From an uncultured virus (IMG/VR IMGVR_UViG_3300029448_000026) (Duplodnaviria; Heunggongvirae; Uroviricota; Caudoviricetes): a stretch of DNA of 64,000 nucleotides. The notes below the pieces were generated by a model. That model worked only from the letters and a program-made list of their open reading frames with translations. It was not told the origin of the DNA and did not search any database. Position 1 is the first letter of the stretch, and every line of letters starts with the position of its first letter. Where the stretch lies: positions 1-64,000 of IMG/VR virus record IMGVR_UViG_3300029448_000026; one strand, given 5' to 3'. Shown piece after piece: positions 11,205-21,417 of the stretch. Both the position numbers and the translations under genes were made by a program.

Positions 11205-11602
11205 TTTGTTAATCCTTTCTGCTTTTCATACGTTCTCAATCCACCGATTCCCAGCATTCCGCCCAAAACCGTAAGAAGTGTACCCATGTCAAATTTTGGC
11301 AAATCAGGTATATCTGCACCAGTTAATGCAACTATAAAAATAATAACAGGCTGCAAAATAAAATGGTAGCAAAAAGCAACCCCGCAGACCCAACCAACGA
11401 AAGGACGCCAGCCACCTTTAAAAATGCTTCCACTTGCAGCTTCTGCTGCATTAACCTCAATTTGGGCGAGGGCCAGCTGCTGTGCGTGTTTTTCGGACAT
11501 TGTTGCAAGTTCTTGAGCCAATCTTCTTTTTAGATCTTGGTCAGGTATTGCTTTGTCTAGTATCTGCGATACTGGTTGTATAAGACTACTTAGTAAGCTC
11601 AA
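11201..11602 (-). CDS. Holin (GTA 3-TM holin-like)
   Basis: GGWRPFVGWVCG, hydrophobic helices and LGGMLGIGGLRTYEK; adjacent to endolysin. Confidence 0.8.
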   Translation of the reverse strand: MSLLSSLIQPVSQILDKAIPDQDLKRRLAQELATMSEKHAQQLALAQIEVNAAEAASGSIFKGGWRPFVGWVCGVAFCYHFILQPVIIFIVALTGADIPDLPKFDMGTLLTVLGGMLGIGGLRTYEKQKGLTK

Positions 11603-11936
11603 AATTCTCCCCCTTGCTTCCTCTTCTTGCTAATTGATTAAACCCAATAAAACTGCCAATTATCCCCATATTCGATAATATCCAAATTTCAGCAATTCCA
11701 CTCAAATGGTCAATTCGGTCTATGGGTATAAGGGGGGTCATTAGTACAATAATAAAAACTGTAACTGTTAGTGCAGAGAACCATACAAGCCAGCGTTGTT
11801 GGTCTTCCTTTTTATCTCTATTCTCCAAGAGAACCATACGTTCCCTAATTTCTAATTCTTTATCGCTAACTACACCATCACCATTTGCATCTGCTTTTGC
11901 CCAGACACTGTCTTTTTCTAACTTTTTCTGTGCCAT
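11586..11936 (-). CDS. Two-TM membrane protein with EF-hand-like loop
   Basis: DANGDGVVSDKE loop followed by two hydrophobic segments; in lysis cassette. Confidence 0.6.
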   Translation of the reverse strand: MAQKKLEKDSVWAKADANGDGVVSDKELEIRERMVLLENRDKKEDQQRWLVWFSALTVTVFIIVLMTPLIPIDRIDHLSGIAEIWILSNMGIIGSFIGFNQLARRGSKGENFELTK

Positions 11937-11943
11937 AATACAC

Positions 11944-12036
11944 CTACTTTATAAATAACCATTTTGGTGGGAAAAATACAGTCCAATACATAGCTGCTAG
12001 TACAATTGCTATAAGTATTAAATCTTCAATCTCCAT
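11944..12036 (-). CDS. 30-aa single-TM peptide
   Basis: MEIEDLILIAIVLAAMYWTVFFPPKWLFIK; fills the gap between co-oriented genes; below ORF-track cutoff. Confidence 0.45.
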   Translation of the reverse strand: MEIEDLILIAIVLAAMYWTVFFPPKWLFIK

Positions 12037-12547
12037 TGTACCACTCTCTAAAACTAGGACTGCCACGTTCCATTGCGTTCAATAAAAATGCACCAAATAC
12101 GGTTACGGCTAATCCTGCTACAAGTAATAAACCTATTCCTATTGCTACTACTTCCATTATTTCTTCTTGCTTGGCCTTCCTCGCTTTCGCTTCTGCTTTT
12201 GCTTGCTCTTTGGCCTCTTGAATACGTTTAGCACGTAAATCCACGATAGACTTAAACGTACCATGTCCAAAACGTTGGTCAATAAGAACCGACATTTCAT
12301 AACGCTGCTCTGCAGCAATTTTTGCATCAATAACTTCATGGGCAACACTCTTTATTCCTAGTTGATCTTTTAAGTTTACTCCGTCTTTCTTAGCTCTTCT
12401 TGCATTAATCTCTTGCTCTCCATCAAGTAAATCATCTATCGCACCTACTATATCGTTTACATCCCTTGCGGTGCTGATAGTTGATTTTATAAAGTCTACA
12501 CTCTGCCTGACAAGGTTGATACCAGTTACTATATCTCCTAACACCAT
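12026..12547 (-). CDS. Coiled-coil protein with C-terminal TM helix
   Basis: 173 aa with an A/K/E-rich helix followed by a hydrophobic segment. Confidence 0.6.
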   Translation of the reverse strand: MVLGDIVTGINLVRQSVDFIKSTISTARDVNDIVGAIDDLLDGEQEINARRAKKDGVNLKDQLGIKSVAHEVIDAKIAAEQRYEMSVLIDQRFGHGTFKSIVDLRAKRIQEAKEQAKAEAKARKAKQEEIMEVVAIGIGLLLVAGLAVTVFGAFLLNAMERGSPSFREWYNGD

Positions 12548-12550
12548 ACA

Positions 12551-12712
12551 TCATGCCTTAATTACTAGCGAGATTAATAACACTATTGTTGTACCACTCG
12601 CTCCTATAAGTATCATTTCTAGTCTTTTGACACGGCCTAGTATAACAACCCACCGTTCTTCACTAACAGCTTTATGTACTTCAAATTCTGTTCTTAATTG
12701 ATCCAATTTCAT
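12551..12712 (-). CDS. 53-aa protein with C-terminal TM helix
   Basis: MKLDQLRTEFEVHKAVSEERWVVILGRVKRLEMILIGASGTTIVLLISLVIKA; AAGGA directly upstream. Confidence 0.55.
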   Translation of the reverse strand: MKLDQLRTEFEVHKAVSEERWVVILGRVKRLEMILIGASGTTIVLLISLVIKA

Positions 12713-12719
12713 TCCTTAC

Positions 12720-13202
12720 CTAACTAGGTTTTGTAGGCCAATCACTGTTTTCCAGATTGGGCCAATTACTGTGGGTAGGCAAATCACGTAAAGCTTGCCT
12801 ATAAGTTTTCATAGTATCAGACATTGTAACATCTGATAAGGCATAGAAATCTGTTTCTGTTAAAAGATTATTTCTTATTGCCCTGTTTGTATCTGCTTTT
12901 ATAGTATCTATTTGAGTTTGGTATTCAGCATCTTTAGTAGCTTTATCTGTACCACTATACCTATCTTCTTCTTTCCATTTAACAACCCAATCGCCATTTG
13001 AATTTTTCTCTATACCATCTTTAGATACTACCTTAGTAATTGCAGAAGGTGCAGGAGCAGGAGTTTCAAATATAGCTTTGTACCCCAAATTCTCTATAAT
13101 CACAGCTGTAGGTACAGTAGGAAAAGACGTATTAGGGTTATCTGCTTTAATACCACTCCATGTTTTAGTGACTTTATTTGTTTCATGATAATATTCTGCC
13201 AT
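12720..13202 (-). CDS. Tail fibre assembly chaperone-like protein
   Basis: RAIRNNLLTETDF..KTYRQALRDLP..WPTKPS; start moved to ATG 13202, which has a GGAG RBS. Confidence 0.7.
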   Translation of the reverse strand: MAEYYHETNKVTKTWSGIKADNPNTSFPTVPTAVIIENLGYKAIFETPAPAPSAITKVVSKDGIEKNSNGDWVVKWKEEDRYSGTDKATKDAEYQTQIDTIKADTNRAIRNNLLTETDFYALSDVTMSDTMKTYRQALRDLPTHSNWPNLENSDWPTKPS

Positions 13203-13210
13203 ATCGACTC

Positions 13211-15382
13211 CTATGAAAAAGCTATAAATATATATGTACAAGTTGCAGCGGTGCTAACTATTTTAAACCCACTACTATAAGGTTGTATGAGTCCTGACTG
13301 ACCATTTGATGACGACCCCGCATGATCGTAATTAATAGCAAGATAGTCATCGCTACCTGTTGTTATGCCTTGTACCGAACTAAACATATACCACTGTACA
13401 TTTGAAATAGTGCCAGCCCTACTTCCATCCCTCATTAAAACATACCTTGCACCACTTGAAAATCCACAGTCTACATTAGAAGCATTGCCATTTGTATGCG
13501 TAATACTGCCTACCTTACTAACTCCTGCTTTCGTAGCAAAACATATAGCTGCGTAGTCTATTGCAGTAACATTTTGTCCAGCATTATTAGCTAATCCTAT
13601 TGCACCGCTTGAAAGGTCGCCTGCAAAACATAATTGGTTATTCCAATCACTTCCAACAGTAAACACAGAAGAAGTTGGAGCAGGGTACGACCCCCAAGAT
13701 AAATCATCTGCCCAAGAAGCTCCACTATTACCAGGTAAACCATTCAAAGAAACTACTTTACTATTGTCTTTAAGCCAATTACTATAAAACCCTACCATCC
13801 TTTTATTAGAATCATTTGCTTCAAGTGCTTGAAAAATAATTGCTTCAGGAGCAACTCCTAAATTATGTTCTACATTACGAGTGTTAGTCGCATCACCTCT
13901 ATAATATGTAACATCTAATGTTTCTGGGTATGTGCGAAACATCCAATTTATAAAATTTACTCCATAATTAGCATATCCACTAGCACCCGTACCTCCATCT
14001 AGTCCTGTTGGAGAGTATATTGTACGGTTAGATATATCACCTAAATCCCTAGTTTCATCTAACTGGTTGACAAGATAGCCTCTAGTTTCACCTTGGGACC
14101 CCCTACAAAATCTATACAGGAACATATTCTGACCGCCTGTACCAGTTGTTAGGCTAAAATTACTTCTACTTATAGCCCAGTCTACAGGCCATCCAGTAAA
14201 GAAACTTGTCAACCACTCACTCCAAGTATCCAAGGATGTATCTGCTAAATTTGATTTTTGCCCATAATAAACTTGAGTTCCCGCTGTTGGGGTCTTCATT
14301 GGACCTTTCCTAATAGCAACTCCTACTATTGGGTAATAATGCTCGTGGTAAAGTTTTTTTCCTCCGTTAAAAAAATCTAATTTAGAAGTACTATCCGTTG
14401 TTCCAGCAAAACCTCTATCAACTGCCCAGCTCCTACCACCTCTCCCAAAACCTAGTTGTTGGTCTTGTAAAAACCAATTCTCAGTAGTTGAATCATTTCT
14501 TTTAGTTAAAACCCATTGAGGCATCCATCCAAGATCTTGGTAAGGGTGTGTTCCTGAAGGCCAAGTACCACTGTTGGTAGCTAAACTAAAACATTGAACA
14601 AGCCCTGTAGAAGAGGTGTCATGATTCCAAGCTGATATTACGTAGTTACCTGTGGCAAGTGCTGTACTAAGTGTTACCGTATTATTACTAACTGAAATAA
14701 CAGTGCTAGTAAAAGGAAAGTTATTTGTATTTAATTTTGCCAACTTGCCTGCTGCAAATCCCCTATGCCAACACCAAGAATCTACACTTGAGGAGAGATC
14801 ATAAGATTTAACTACAACAAACCCTGGGTTTTCTAGATCTAATGTAACCGTTGTAGGAGAAGAATTATTATGATTTACTGTTCTAATATCGAAAAATTTA
14901 GGATGTCTCCTGAAAGTATACATATTGTAGTTTCTTCTGGTGGTGTTATAAGCCCTAGCAGCCCCATGATTAAAATCTACATAATTACCACTCGCATCTT
15001 GGGGATAATTACCATAACTAGGGTCTCCTGCTGGCTGACCTACCAAAATACCACTATTACTAAAGTCTATGGAGTTTGCTAAAGTTTGTTGGGCGTAGTT
15101 ATTTTCACTTACATATAAAGCTTTATCTGCCCCACGTTCTGTATCAAACCAACATTCAGGTTGAGAACTATGGTCATAATAAAGAGTTCCGCCAGATCGT
15201 ATCCATACCATACCTCCGTAGTCTAACATACGTATACCGTTAGGTATTGTTCTATCAGAACCTGCTGAACTAGAAGCATAGTTTCCACCATACGCATCTA
15301 AGGCAAAAACATCTTCTATATCTGGCTGTAGTTCAGACCCGCCCGCTGCAGCCATTAAGATTTTTTGTGATAAAGTACTCAT
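13211..15382 (-). CDS. Tail fibre/receptor-binding-associated protein
   Basis: 723 aa rich in W/Y/G/S, with repeated P.(W/F)V(L/V)K-type units; between fibre genes and chaperone. Confidence 0.5.
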   Translation of the reverse strand: MSTLSQKILMAAAGGSELQPDIEDVFALDAYGGNYASSSAGSDRTIPNGIRMLDYGGMVWIRSGGTLYYDHSSQPECWFDTERGADKALYVSENNYAQQTLANSIDFSNSGILVGQPAGDPSYGNYPQDASGNYVDFNHGAARAYNTTRRNYNMYTFRRHPKFFDIRTVNHNNSSPTTVTLDLENPGFVVVKSYDLSSSVDSWCWHRGFAAGKLAKLNTNNFPFTSTVISVSNNTVTLSTALATGNYVISAWNHDTSSTGLVQCFSLATNSGTWPSGTHPYQDLGWMPQWVLTKRNDSTTENWFLQDQQLGFGRGGRSWAVDRGFAGTTDSTSKLDFFNGGKKLYHEHYYPIVGVAIRKGPMKTPTAGTQVYYGQKSNLADTSLDTWSEWLTSFFTGWPVDWAISRSNFSLTTGTGGQNMFLYRFCRGSQGETRGYLVNQLDETRDLGDISNRTIYSPTGLDGGTGASGYANYGVNFINWMFRTYPETLDVTYYRGDATNTRNVEHNLGVAPEAIIFQALEANDSNKRMVGFYSNWLKDNSKVVSLNGLPGNSGASWADDLSWGSYPAPTSSVFTVGSDWNNQLCFAGDLSSGAIGLANNAGQNVTAIDYAAICFATKAGVSKVGSITHTNGNASNVDCGFSSGARYVLMRDGSRAGTISNVQWYMFSSVQGITTGSDDYLAINYDHAGSSSNGQSGLIQPYSSGFKIVSTAATCTYIFIAFS

Positions 15383-16560
15383 TAGCCTAGTCTTTTACCT
15401 GCTGTAAACCCATAGTATGTTGTACCCCCGTCAGTGGTAAAAAAGGTAAACACGTCTACTTCACCTGCAGTTGTAGAAAGTGAAGGGGTAGCCCCTAAAG
15501 GCCAGTCAACAGAACCAGGCCATGTAGGTAATTTACTTCCTCCTGAACCTTGAGTAATTTTTAATGTAAATCCGTAAGCTGTGCCACTGGCAGGTGGGTT
15601 AGAGAATGTGTAAGTTACGTTACCTGTAAGAGTATGTTCAAACACGTTACCAGTTGATAGGTCAATGGTTTTTGTACCTGTAACCGTTGTGTCAGGGGCA
15701 GGTCTAGTTTCTTGGTAAGTTAACGGTTTAACACTGCCCGTAAATGTAGTTGCTGTACCGCCTGTAGGCACTGCCATAACAATAGCATCTGCATCGTTCT
15801 TTATTGTTACATCATTAACAGCTCCTTGCCCTGTGAGAATTAATCCTTCATCACTTGTATAACCCATAGCAGCTATATCGCCTGATGACGTGTCTCCAAG
15901 AGGTTTAACAGTTCCTAAAACAGTTATATCAGTTTGACCTGTAAGTACTTTTAATACTTCGTTACCTTCATCATTTTTTATAGTTACATCGTTATCAGAT
16001 CCTTGACCTGTAAGAATTAGACCTTGTGCAGATGTATACCCCATTGCTGCGTTATCGTCAGCTGCGGTAGCACCAGTAGCTTCTATTTTTCCACCTGTAA
16101 CACTTCCAGAAGCAGTAACTGTTTTAGGAGTAAGAGTTACAGTATTTAACACATCATAAACAATCGCACCCGCACCACCACCGTCAGTTGCCACTACTTT
16201 TACACTAGAAGCAGGGATAGCAACTGAAGCCCCCCCTCCTGAACCTTGTTTAATAGTTAAGGCGTAAGAAGTAGAATTTTTTATAATCCAGACTTTACTA
16301 ACGCTATCTGGGGCTAAAGTAACTATACAGGCTTGTCCTCCTCCAGTAAGGTCAAGAAACATAGCTCTTGTTTCCCCATTTGTATCAGTTGCATCAGGCA
16401 TGGTTAAAGTAACAGTTGCAGCGTTACCGATTGCCTTAGTTCGTCTTCCTAAAGCCTTTCCCAATAGAGATAAGTTAGTATTCGTAGCTGTACCCCAAGT
16501 ACCAGATCTTTCACCTGTACCTATCTCTTCCAATCTTAAAGCATTATCATATGTACTCAT
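15382..16560 (-). CDS. Tail fibre-like protein with 59-aa tandem repeat
   Basis: 392 aa; SGTWGTATNTNL N-terminus; duplicated MGYTS..GLILTGQG..NDVTIKND unit. Confidence 0.6.
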   Translation of the reverse strand: MSTYDNALRLEEIGTGERSGTWGTATNTNLSLLGKALGRRTKAIGNAATVTLTMPDATDTNGETRAMFLDLTGGGQACIVTLAPDSVSKVWIIKNSTSYALTIKQGSGGGASVAIPASSVKVVATDGGGAGAIVYDVLNTVTLTPKTVTASGSVTGGKIEATGATAADDNAAMGYTSAQGLILTGQGSDNDVTIKNDEGNEVLKVLTGQTDITVLGTVKPLGDTSSGDIAAMGYTSDEGLILTGQGAVNDVTIKNDADAIVMAVPTGGTATTFTGSVKPLTYQETRPAPDTTVTGTKTIDLSTGNVFEHTLTGNVTYTFSNPPASGTAYGFTLKITQGSGGSKLPTWPGSVDWPLGATPSLSTTAGEVDVFTFFTTDGGTTYYGFTAGKRLG

Positions 16561-16616
16561 ATCGTGTTCCTTTGTGTCTAGATACTATACTAAATAAACA
16601 AAATTATCTAGAATAT

Positions 16617-17474
16617 TTATGCTGCTTCTAATTCATTAATCCAATTTGGTGTTTGACTAGGAGTTACTGGGTTAAAAGTATTTGCTATTGCAACAGGGGG
16701 TTGAGTTACATATCCAGGAGTCTGATTTGGTAATACATCAGACCACATAAATAGTTGCCCTGCTGTACCTATAGCTTCTGCCCCAGTAGGATATACGTTT
16801 GCTTTACCTGTTACACTGCTTAACGCGTGAGTAGAACTTGTCATAGCAGACATAGCAGATAATGTTATGGTTACACTTATGCTTATAGAAATAGTACCCA
16901 TAGCAGAAGTCATGGCACTTGTAGTATTTAACGTTTGAAAAGTGTCTCCGATAGAAGATGTAAGTGCTGAAGGGGCAGATAAAGTTAAGTTTGCGTCTCC
17001 AGATACAGTAGTCCCACTACCTATAGCTGTAGTACCCTGCACTCCCGTAAGAGTCTCAAATACGTTTCCTAGTGTAGATGTAAGCCCTGCCATTGCAGAA
17101 AGCGTTACATTGGCATCTCCTGATGTAGTTACTCCATTTATACTAGTGGTAGCTTCTATTCCTGTAAGGTTGACTACTACATCAATAACAACGGTTAGAG
17201 TACCCACATTAGAAGTTGCTTGAGTGCTGTTTAGAGTTTCAAAAATATTACCTAATGAGGTTGTCATCAAGTAAGTAGGAGCTTCTATAATAGCAAAACC
17301 TGTACCAGACACTTCGCCTACGTGACTAGTAGCTTGTATACCTGTAAGAGTAGTTAAGAAGTTCGGGCTTATTGATGTAGTAGCTTCTATACCCGTAACG
17401 GCTACATCTATATTTGCCCCTCTAGCTAAACCTGAAAATGGGGCAGATGAAAAAGGATTAGCTGCGTAACTCAA
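16617..17474 (-). CDS. T/S/G-rich repetitive virion protein
   Basis: 285 aa with recurring LTGI(E/Q)ATTS(I/V)G-like units. Confidence 0.55.
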   Translation of the reverse strand: MSYAANPFSSAPFSGLARGANIDVAVTGIEATTSISPNFLTTLTGIQATSHVGEVSGTGFAIIEAPTYLMTTSLGNIFETLNSTQATSNVGTLTVVIDVVVNLTGIEATTSINGVTTSGDANVTLSAMAGLTSTLGNVFETLTGVQGTTAIGSGTTVSGDANLTLSAPSALTSSIGDTFQTLNTTSAMTSAMGTISISISVTITLSAMSAMTSSTHALSSVTGKANVYPTGAEAIGTAGQLFMWSDVLPNQTPGYVTQPPVAIANTFNPVTPSQTPNWINELEAA

Positions 17475-17478
17475 TTAT

Positions 17479-17850
17479 TTATACCCTCGGTCCAAATCTT
17501 TCTCTATTCCATTTTTCATTTTTGCCAGGTTCATTAGGAAAATCATCATCCTCTAGATTAGGCCAATTTTTATGGGTTGGTAAGTCTCTAAGAGTTTGTC
17601 TATAAGTTTTCCACTCATCAGAAACACTACCTCCAGTCTCATTAGCAACCGAAACAACATAGTCACTTTTTTCTAACGCTTCATTACGCATCTGTCTCCA
17701 CACAGTTGCCTTGTCTTTTTCTATTGCTTCTTTAATTTGTTCTTCTGTAGGTGGCTCAACCCAATCAGGACTGTCCTCATCAATAGTTACTTTTGTCATT
17801 GTTCCATCTACTGCAATAACTGTACCTGTCTGTGTTCTTTTTTCTGTCAT
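17479..17850 (-). CDS. Tail fibre assembly chaperone-like protein (paralogue)
   Basis: RQMRNEALEKSDY..WKTYRQTLRDLPTHKNWPNLE. Confidence 0.7.
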   Translation of the reverse strand: MTEKRTQTGTVIAVDGTMTKVTIDEDSPDWVEPPTEEQIKEAIEKDKATVWRQMRNEALEKSDYVVSVANETGGSVSDEWKTYRQTLRDLPTHKNWPNLEDDDFPNEPGKNEKWNRERFGPRV

Positions 17851-17859
17851 TGTAATTCC

Positions 17860-20800
17860 CTATATATCCTTTAATCGCATAATCCTAAATTTACCATAGA
17901 ACTGACTGTTGGTGTATTGCAGAGTTTCTACTCTAATTTTATTTATAAAAGTAGCATCAGTTGAAGACCCTGATGTTCCATCAACTGAAAGTCTCTGAAT
18001 CCCAAATTCTCTTCTGTAGTTATTAGTAAATTCAATTTTAAATATGGGGTTATTCGTACCACCACTACTACCCAGTCTTGCAGGTTGATAATATTCTATA
18101 TTACCATAGGAAGAGCTATAACCACTGCCAGTATCACCCATTCCACTAATACTATACCAACCTGTTGAGCCAGAACTATTATCAGCATCTCTTTCTGCAC
18201 TTCCATTATAGGAAGATTGGTCACTGCCCCCAGTATAATGCCAACCAGCCCAACCATGTCCAGTTATGTAATTATTATTATGGTCTTTCTGTAAACCATT
18301 AGTATAATTGTTAAACCTGAAATTCCAATTTTTTGAACTACTATTATTTATCATTACATCCCAAAAATAAATTTTATAATAATATCCTCTTGCCACAGTA
18401 ACTTCAAAATATAAATCAGTACCATCTCCTTCATATGTAGTAACGTGTTCCCACCCTGATCCTCCTGCATCTGCCCAAGTTGGTGCGGTAGCATTTCCTT
18501 GAGAAGTTAGAACTTGCCCAGATGTTCCTGGGTTACTGTTACTCCCAAAAGAAGAACCACTGTTATTTCCACCAAAACTCATAGGGCCAGTGAACCAGTT
18601 TCCAGTATCAGAAATTCTAGCGTATTCAGTTGTACCAGAAGTGCTAGTTGTTGACCCAGGGCCACTGTACATTCTGATCCATCTTGACTTTAAATTCATG
18701 TCATCGTGAGATCGTAGGGTAAGGTCATTTGAATATTGATTAATTGAACAGTTTGCTTGACCACCAAATTGTATAACATCCATATTTGAGGCACTTGCAG
18801 GATTAACTAAATAAGAACTACTATCAATATCAACAAATTGAGTTGCATAAATTGAGCTTTGTGAATAGACCTGTCCTGTTCCAGTAATCCTAAATTTTTC
18901 TACACCACCTCCAACTACACGAAATGCATAACTAGCACCACCTGATACACGTATATCTTGTCCATATTCAGTTGCACTACCATTGCTTTTATTTACAATA
19001 AGCCCCCAATCATTATTGTTAGTAGCAGTTACATATAAAGTAGCGTCAGTACCATTGTTTGATGTTCCACCATCTATAGAAACTCCTGCACCAGTACCAG
19101 ATACAGTTAAAAAATTATCTACAGTTACAGCACCATTAAGATAAGTAGTTCCATTGTTGTAAAAGTCATAGCTTGTGTTTGTTGCTCCAACATACATACC
19201 TGCAGCTTGAATATCGCCAAGAATGTCTAGATTGCCATTTTGATGAAGTATAAACTCATCACTGCCCCCACTATTATCAATTCTGAAAGTGTCATCAGTA
19301 TGATTATACAAAATCCATGTAGTAGCTTGATCGTCAGTTGTTCTTAGTCTTAAATGTTTATTGATAAGAACATCACCCTCAAAATAAGCATGATTTGAAC
19401 TATCAATGGTTACTGCTAGAGTTGAACTATCTCCATCAACTGCACCTGTAAAAAATTCTATAACACCATTTGACCCTCTAATTTCAAGATCATTTCCTGC
19501 AAGCCTCATGTTTGCTTTGTAATCATTTCCATTAGAGTGGTCATAAAATAATTCTATTATAGGTTGGGCGTTATTCCCACCTACTACAAGATTATTGCCT
19601 CCTATAGTTACATCAGTTGCAAAAGTAGACATTGATGCATCTACACTTAATTTTGCAACACCCCCTGCAGGTCTTACCTGAAAAGTATTTCCTTCTGCAC
19701 TAATCCCTGCAGCTCCATTATTATCAATCATTTGTATTTCTGCTACACTGTCAGTACTTGTAAATGTAGCGACTGTGTTAGTGCCACCAGAGTTGAAGGA
19801 TGAAGCAGCACCACTGGCAACTATGTTGTTAGCAGTTACAGCACCAGTAATAGTAACACCAGAAGATGTTGTTTCTAGTTTCTTAGCGTTATTATGATAA
19901 AGCTCTACAGCAAGATCATTATCCATGTATATGTGAGTATCACCTGATTGAGAAACAAGTTTAAGGTCATTTGTATTAGTATTAACTAAGCCTTGTGAAC
20001 CAACTCCAGTGTAAAAGTTTGGCGCACGAAAAAACGTAGCTGCATCCACTCCACCTGCAAAAGTAGAATTTTGAGAGCCATCTAGTGTTAATGCCGTTGC
20101 ATTCGCACCAGTTTTAAAAACCATAGAACCCGTGTAACTAATGTTACCGTGATCTGGATCACCACTATGCCCCATATTTATTTGAGCAAGAGTGCCATTA
20201 CCATTAGAATTACCAATATTAAGTACGCCAGTTGTTGCTCCAGAACCATGATTGATTGTTACGTCACCCTTAAAAGTAGCCGTATTGCCACTTAGTATAA
20301 GAACATCTGCTTCTGAGGTACTTGCATTTAGAGTTTTAAAATGTATAGCTCCAGTAGGTGTACTAGCTGCTACATTTACTATTTTTGACTCAATAGACGT
20401 ATAATTTCTAGCAGTGCTACCATCATCTTCACCACGAAAGTCTATTCTACCTATAGAATCTGCATTTGCAACTTGTGAAGAATCACGCCATAGAACTAAG
20501 TCGGGAGCTGCACTTGTACCTGTATTTGTATTTTTTATAAGTACTTGGTCAGTGGCATTATCGGATGTAAAAGTAACATCGCCATTGATTTCTAAATCAT
20601 CAGTTAGGTTCATATGAACAGATTTAGTAGCAGGAGTCGTAACAAAGACTTCTACAGCAGCAGTAAAGTTTATAGCACTAGTATTCCCAGCTGAATTAGA
20701 AAGGATTTGATTTCTGGCTAAAGTAGGACCTGAAGTAGTAAATGTACCTTCTCCAACTTCCCATAGATTATTAGCTAAGTCTTGAATAGCATAGTAAGTA

Positions 20801-20922
20801 CTATTATTGTTTCCAATAGCTGCAAAGGTTTGATACCCAAGTTCAGCTGAACCAAGAGTTACATTCCCAGTACCAGGTGCAGCTGCTGTAACTTTAATTC
20901 GATCTTTTACAACAAGTGCCAT
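17860..20922 (-). CDS. Long tail fibre protein
   Basis: 1020 aa rich in G/T/S/N; MALVVKDRIK N-terminus, ELYHNNAKKLETTSSGVTITG and GTSGQVLTSQG fibre motifs; followed by a chaperone. Confidence 0.75.
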   Translation of the reverse strand: MALVVKDRIKVTAAAPGTGNVTLGSAELGYQTFAAIGNNNSTYYAIQDLANNLWEVGEGTFTTSGPTLARNQILSNSAGNTSAINFTAAVEVFVTTPATKSVHMNLTDDLEINGDVTFTSDNATDQVLIKNTNTGTSAAPDLVLWRDSSQVANADSIGRIDFRGEDDGSTARNYTSIESKIVNVAASTPTGAIHFKTLNASTSEADVLILSGNTATFKGDVTINHGSGATTGVLNIGNSNGNGTLAQINMGHSGDPDHGNISYTGSMVFKTGANATALTLDGSQNSTFAGGVDAATFFRAPNFYTGVGSQGLVNTNTNDLKLVSQSGDTHIYMDNDLAVELYHNNAKKLETTSSGVTITGAVTANNIVASGAASSFNSGGTNTVATFTSTDSVAEIQMIDNNGAAGISAEGNTFQVRPAGGVAKLSVDASMSTFATDVTIGGNNLVVGGNNAQPIIELFYDHSNGNDYKANMRLAGNDLEIRGSNGVIEFFTGAVDGDSSTLAVTIDSSNHAYFEGDVLINKHLRLRTTDDQATTWILYNHTDDTFRIDNSGGSDEFILHQNGNLDILGDIQAAGMYVGATNTSYDFYNNGTTYLNGAVTVDNFLTVSGTGAGVSIDGGTSNNGTDATLYVTATNNNDWGLIVNKSNGSATEYGQDIRVSGGASYAFRVVGGGVEKFRITGTGQVYSQSSIYATQFVDIDSSSYLVNPASASNMDVIQFGGQANCSINQYSNDLTLRSHDDMNLKSRWIRMYSGPGSTTSTSGTTEYARISDTGNWFTGPMSFGGNNSGSSFGSNSNPGTSGQVLTSQGNATAPTWADAGGSGWEHVTTYEGDGTDLYFEVTVARGYYYKIYFWDVMINNSSSKNWNFRFNNYTNGLQKDHNNNYITGHGWAGWHYTGGSDQSSYNGSAERDADNSSGSTGWYSISGMGDTGSGYSSSYGNIEYYQPARLGSSGGTNNPIFKIEFTNNYRREFGIQRLSVDGTSGSSTDATFINKIRVETLQYTNSQFYGKFRIMRLKDI

Positions 20923-20942
20923 ATTTTTTTACCCTACTAGTG

Positions 20943-21416
20943 TTATGCAATCCTTATGATTGCGTTAGACGCGTTGTTAGTAGGAAATACTATTTGAAAA
21001 TCTCCTGCTGATGCAGCTTTATCTGCTCCAAAATCTAGAATAGCTACTGCTTTATTAGACGAGTTAGTATTGTAAATTATAGCTCCTCTTGCGCCTGTTA
21101 TAGTAACAGTACTAAAAGTAAGGGGTTGAAAACTAGCTGTTGCAGTTGTACCTCCCCCAGGTGCTGTAGGAGTTATATTAGTTAACGCGTTCCCCCCTGC
21201 AGAGTAATTTGTACCAGTAACTTGGTTGTTATCAGAATACGTAGTGATACTACCATTCATAGTACTCCCAGACCCACCAAAAGATCCTTGAGTAGGTTCA
21301 GCACTATTAGTAAACATAGCTAGTTTAAAAGCGTGTTGCCCAGTTGTAAAATTATGCGTACCCTTCATCAGATCTATTTTGAATTGGGTAGATAAAAAGT
21401 TCCCATTAAAGGCCAT
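20943..21416 (-). CDS. Conserved virion structural protein
   Basis: 157 aa, FKIDLMKGTHNF..ARGAIIYN..AVAILDFG. Confidence 0.55.
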   Translation of the reverse strand: MAFNGNFLSTQFKIDLMKGTHNFTTGQHAFKLAMFTNSAEPTQGSFGGSGSTMNGSITTYSDNNQVTGTNYSAGGNALTNITPTAPGGGTTATASFQPLTFSTVTITGARGAIIYNTNSSNKAVAILDFGADKAASAGDFQIVFPTNNASNAIIRIA

Positions 21417-21417
21417 A

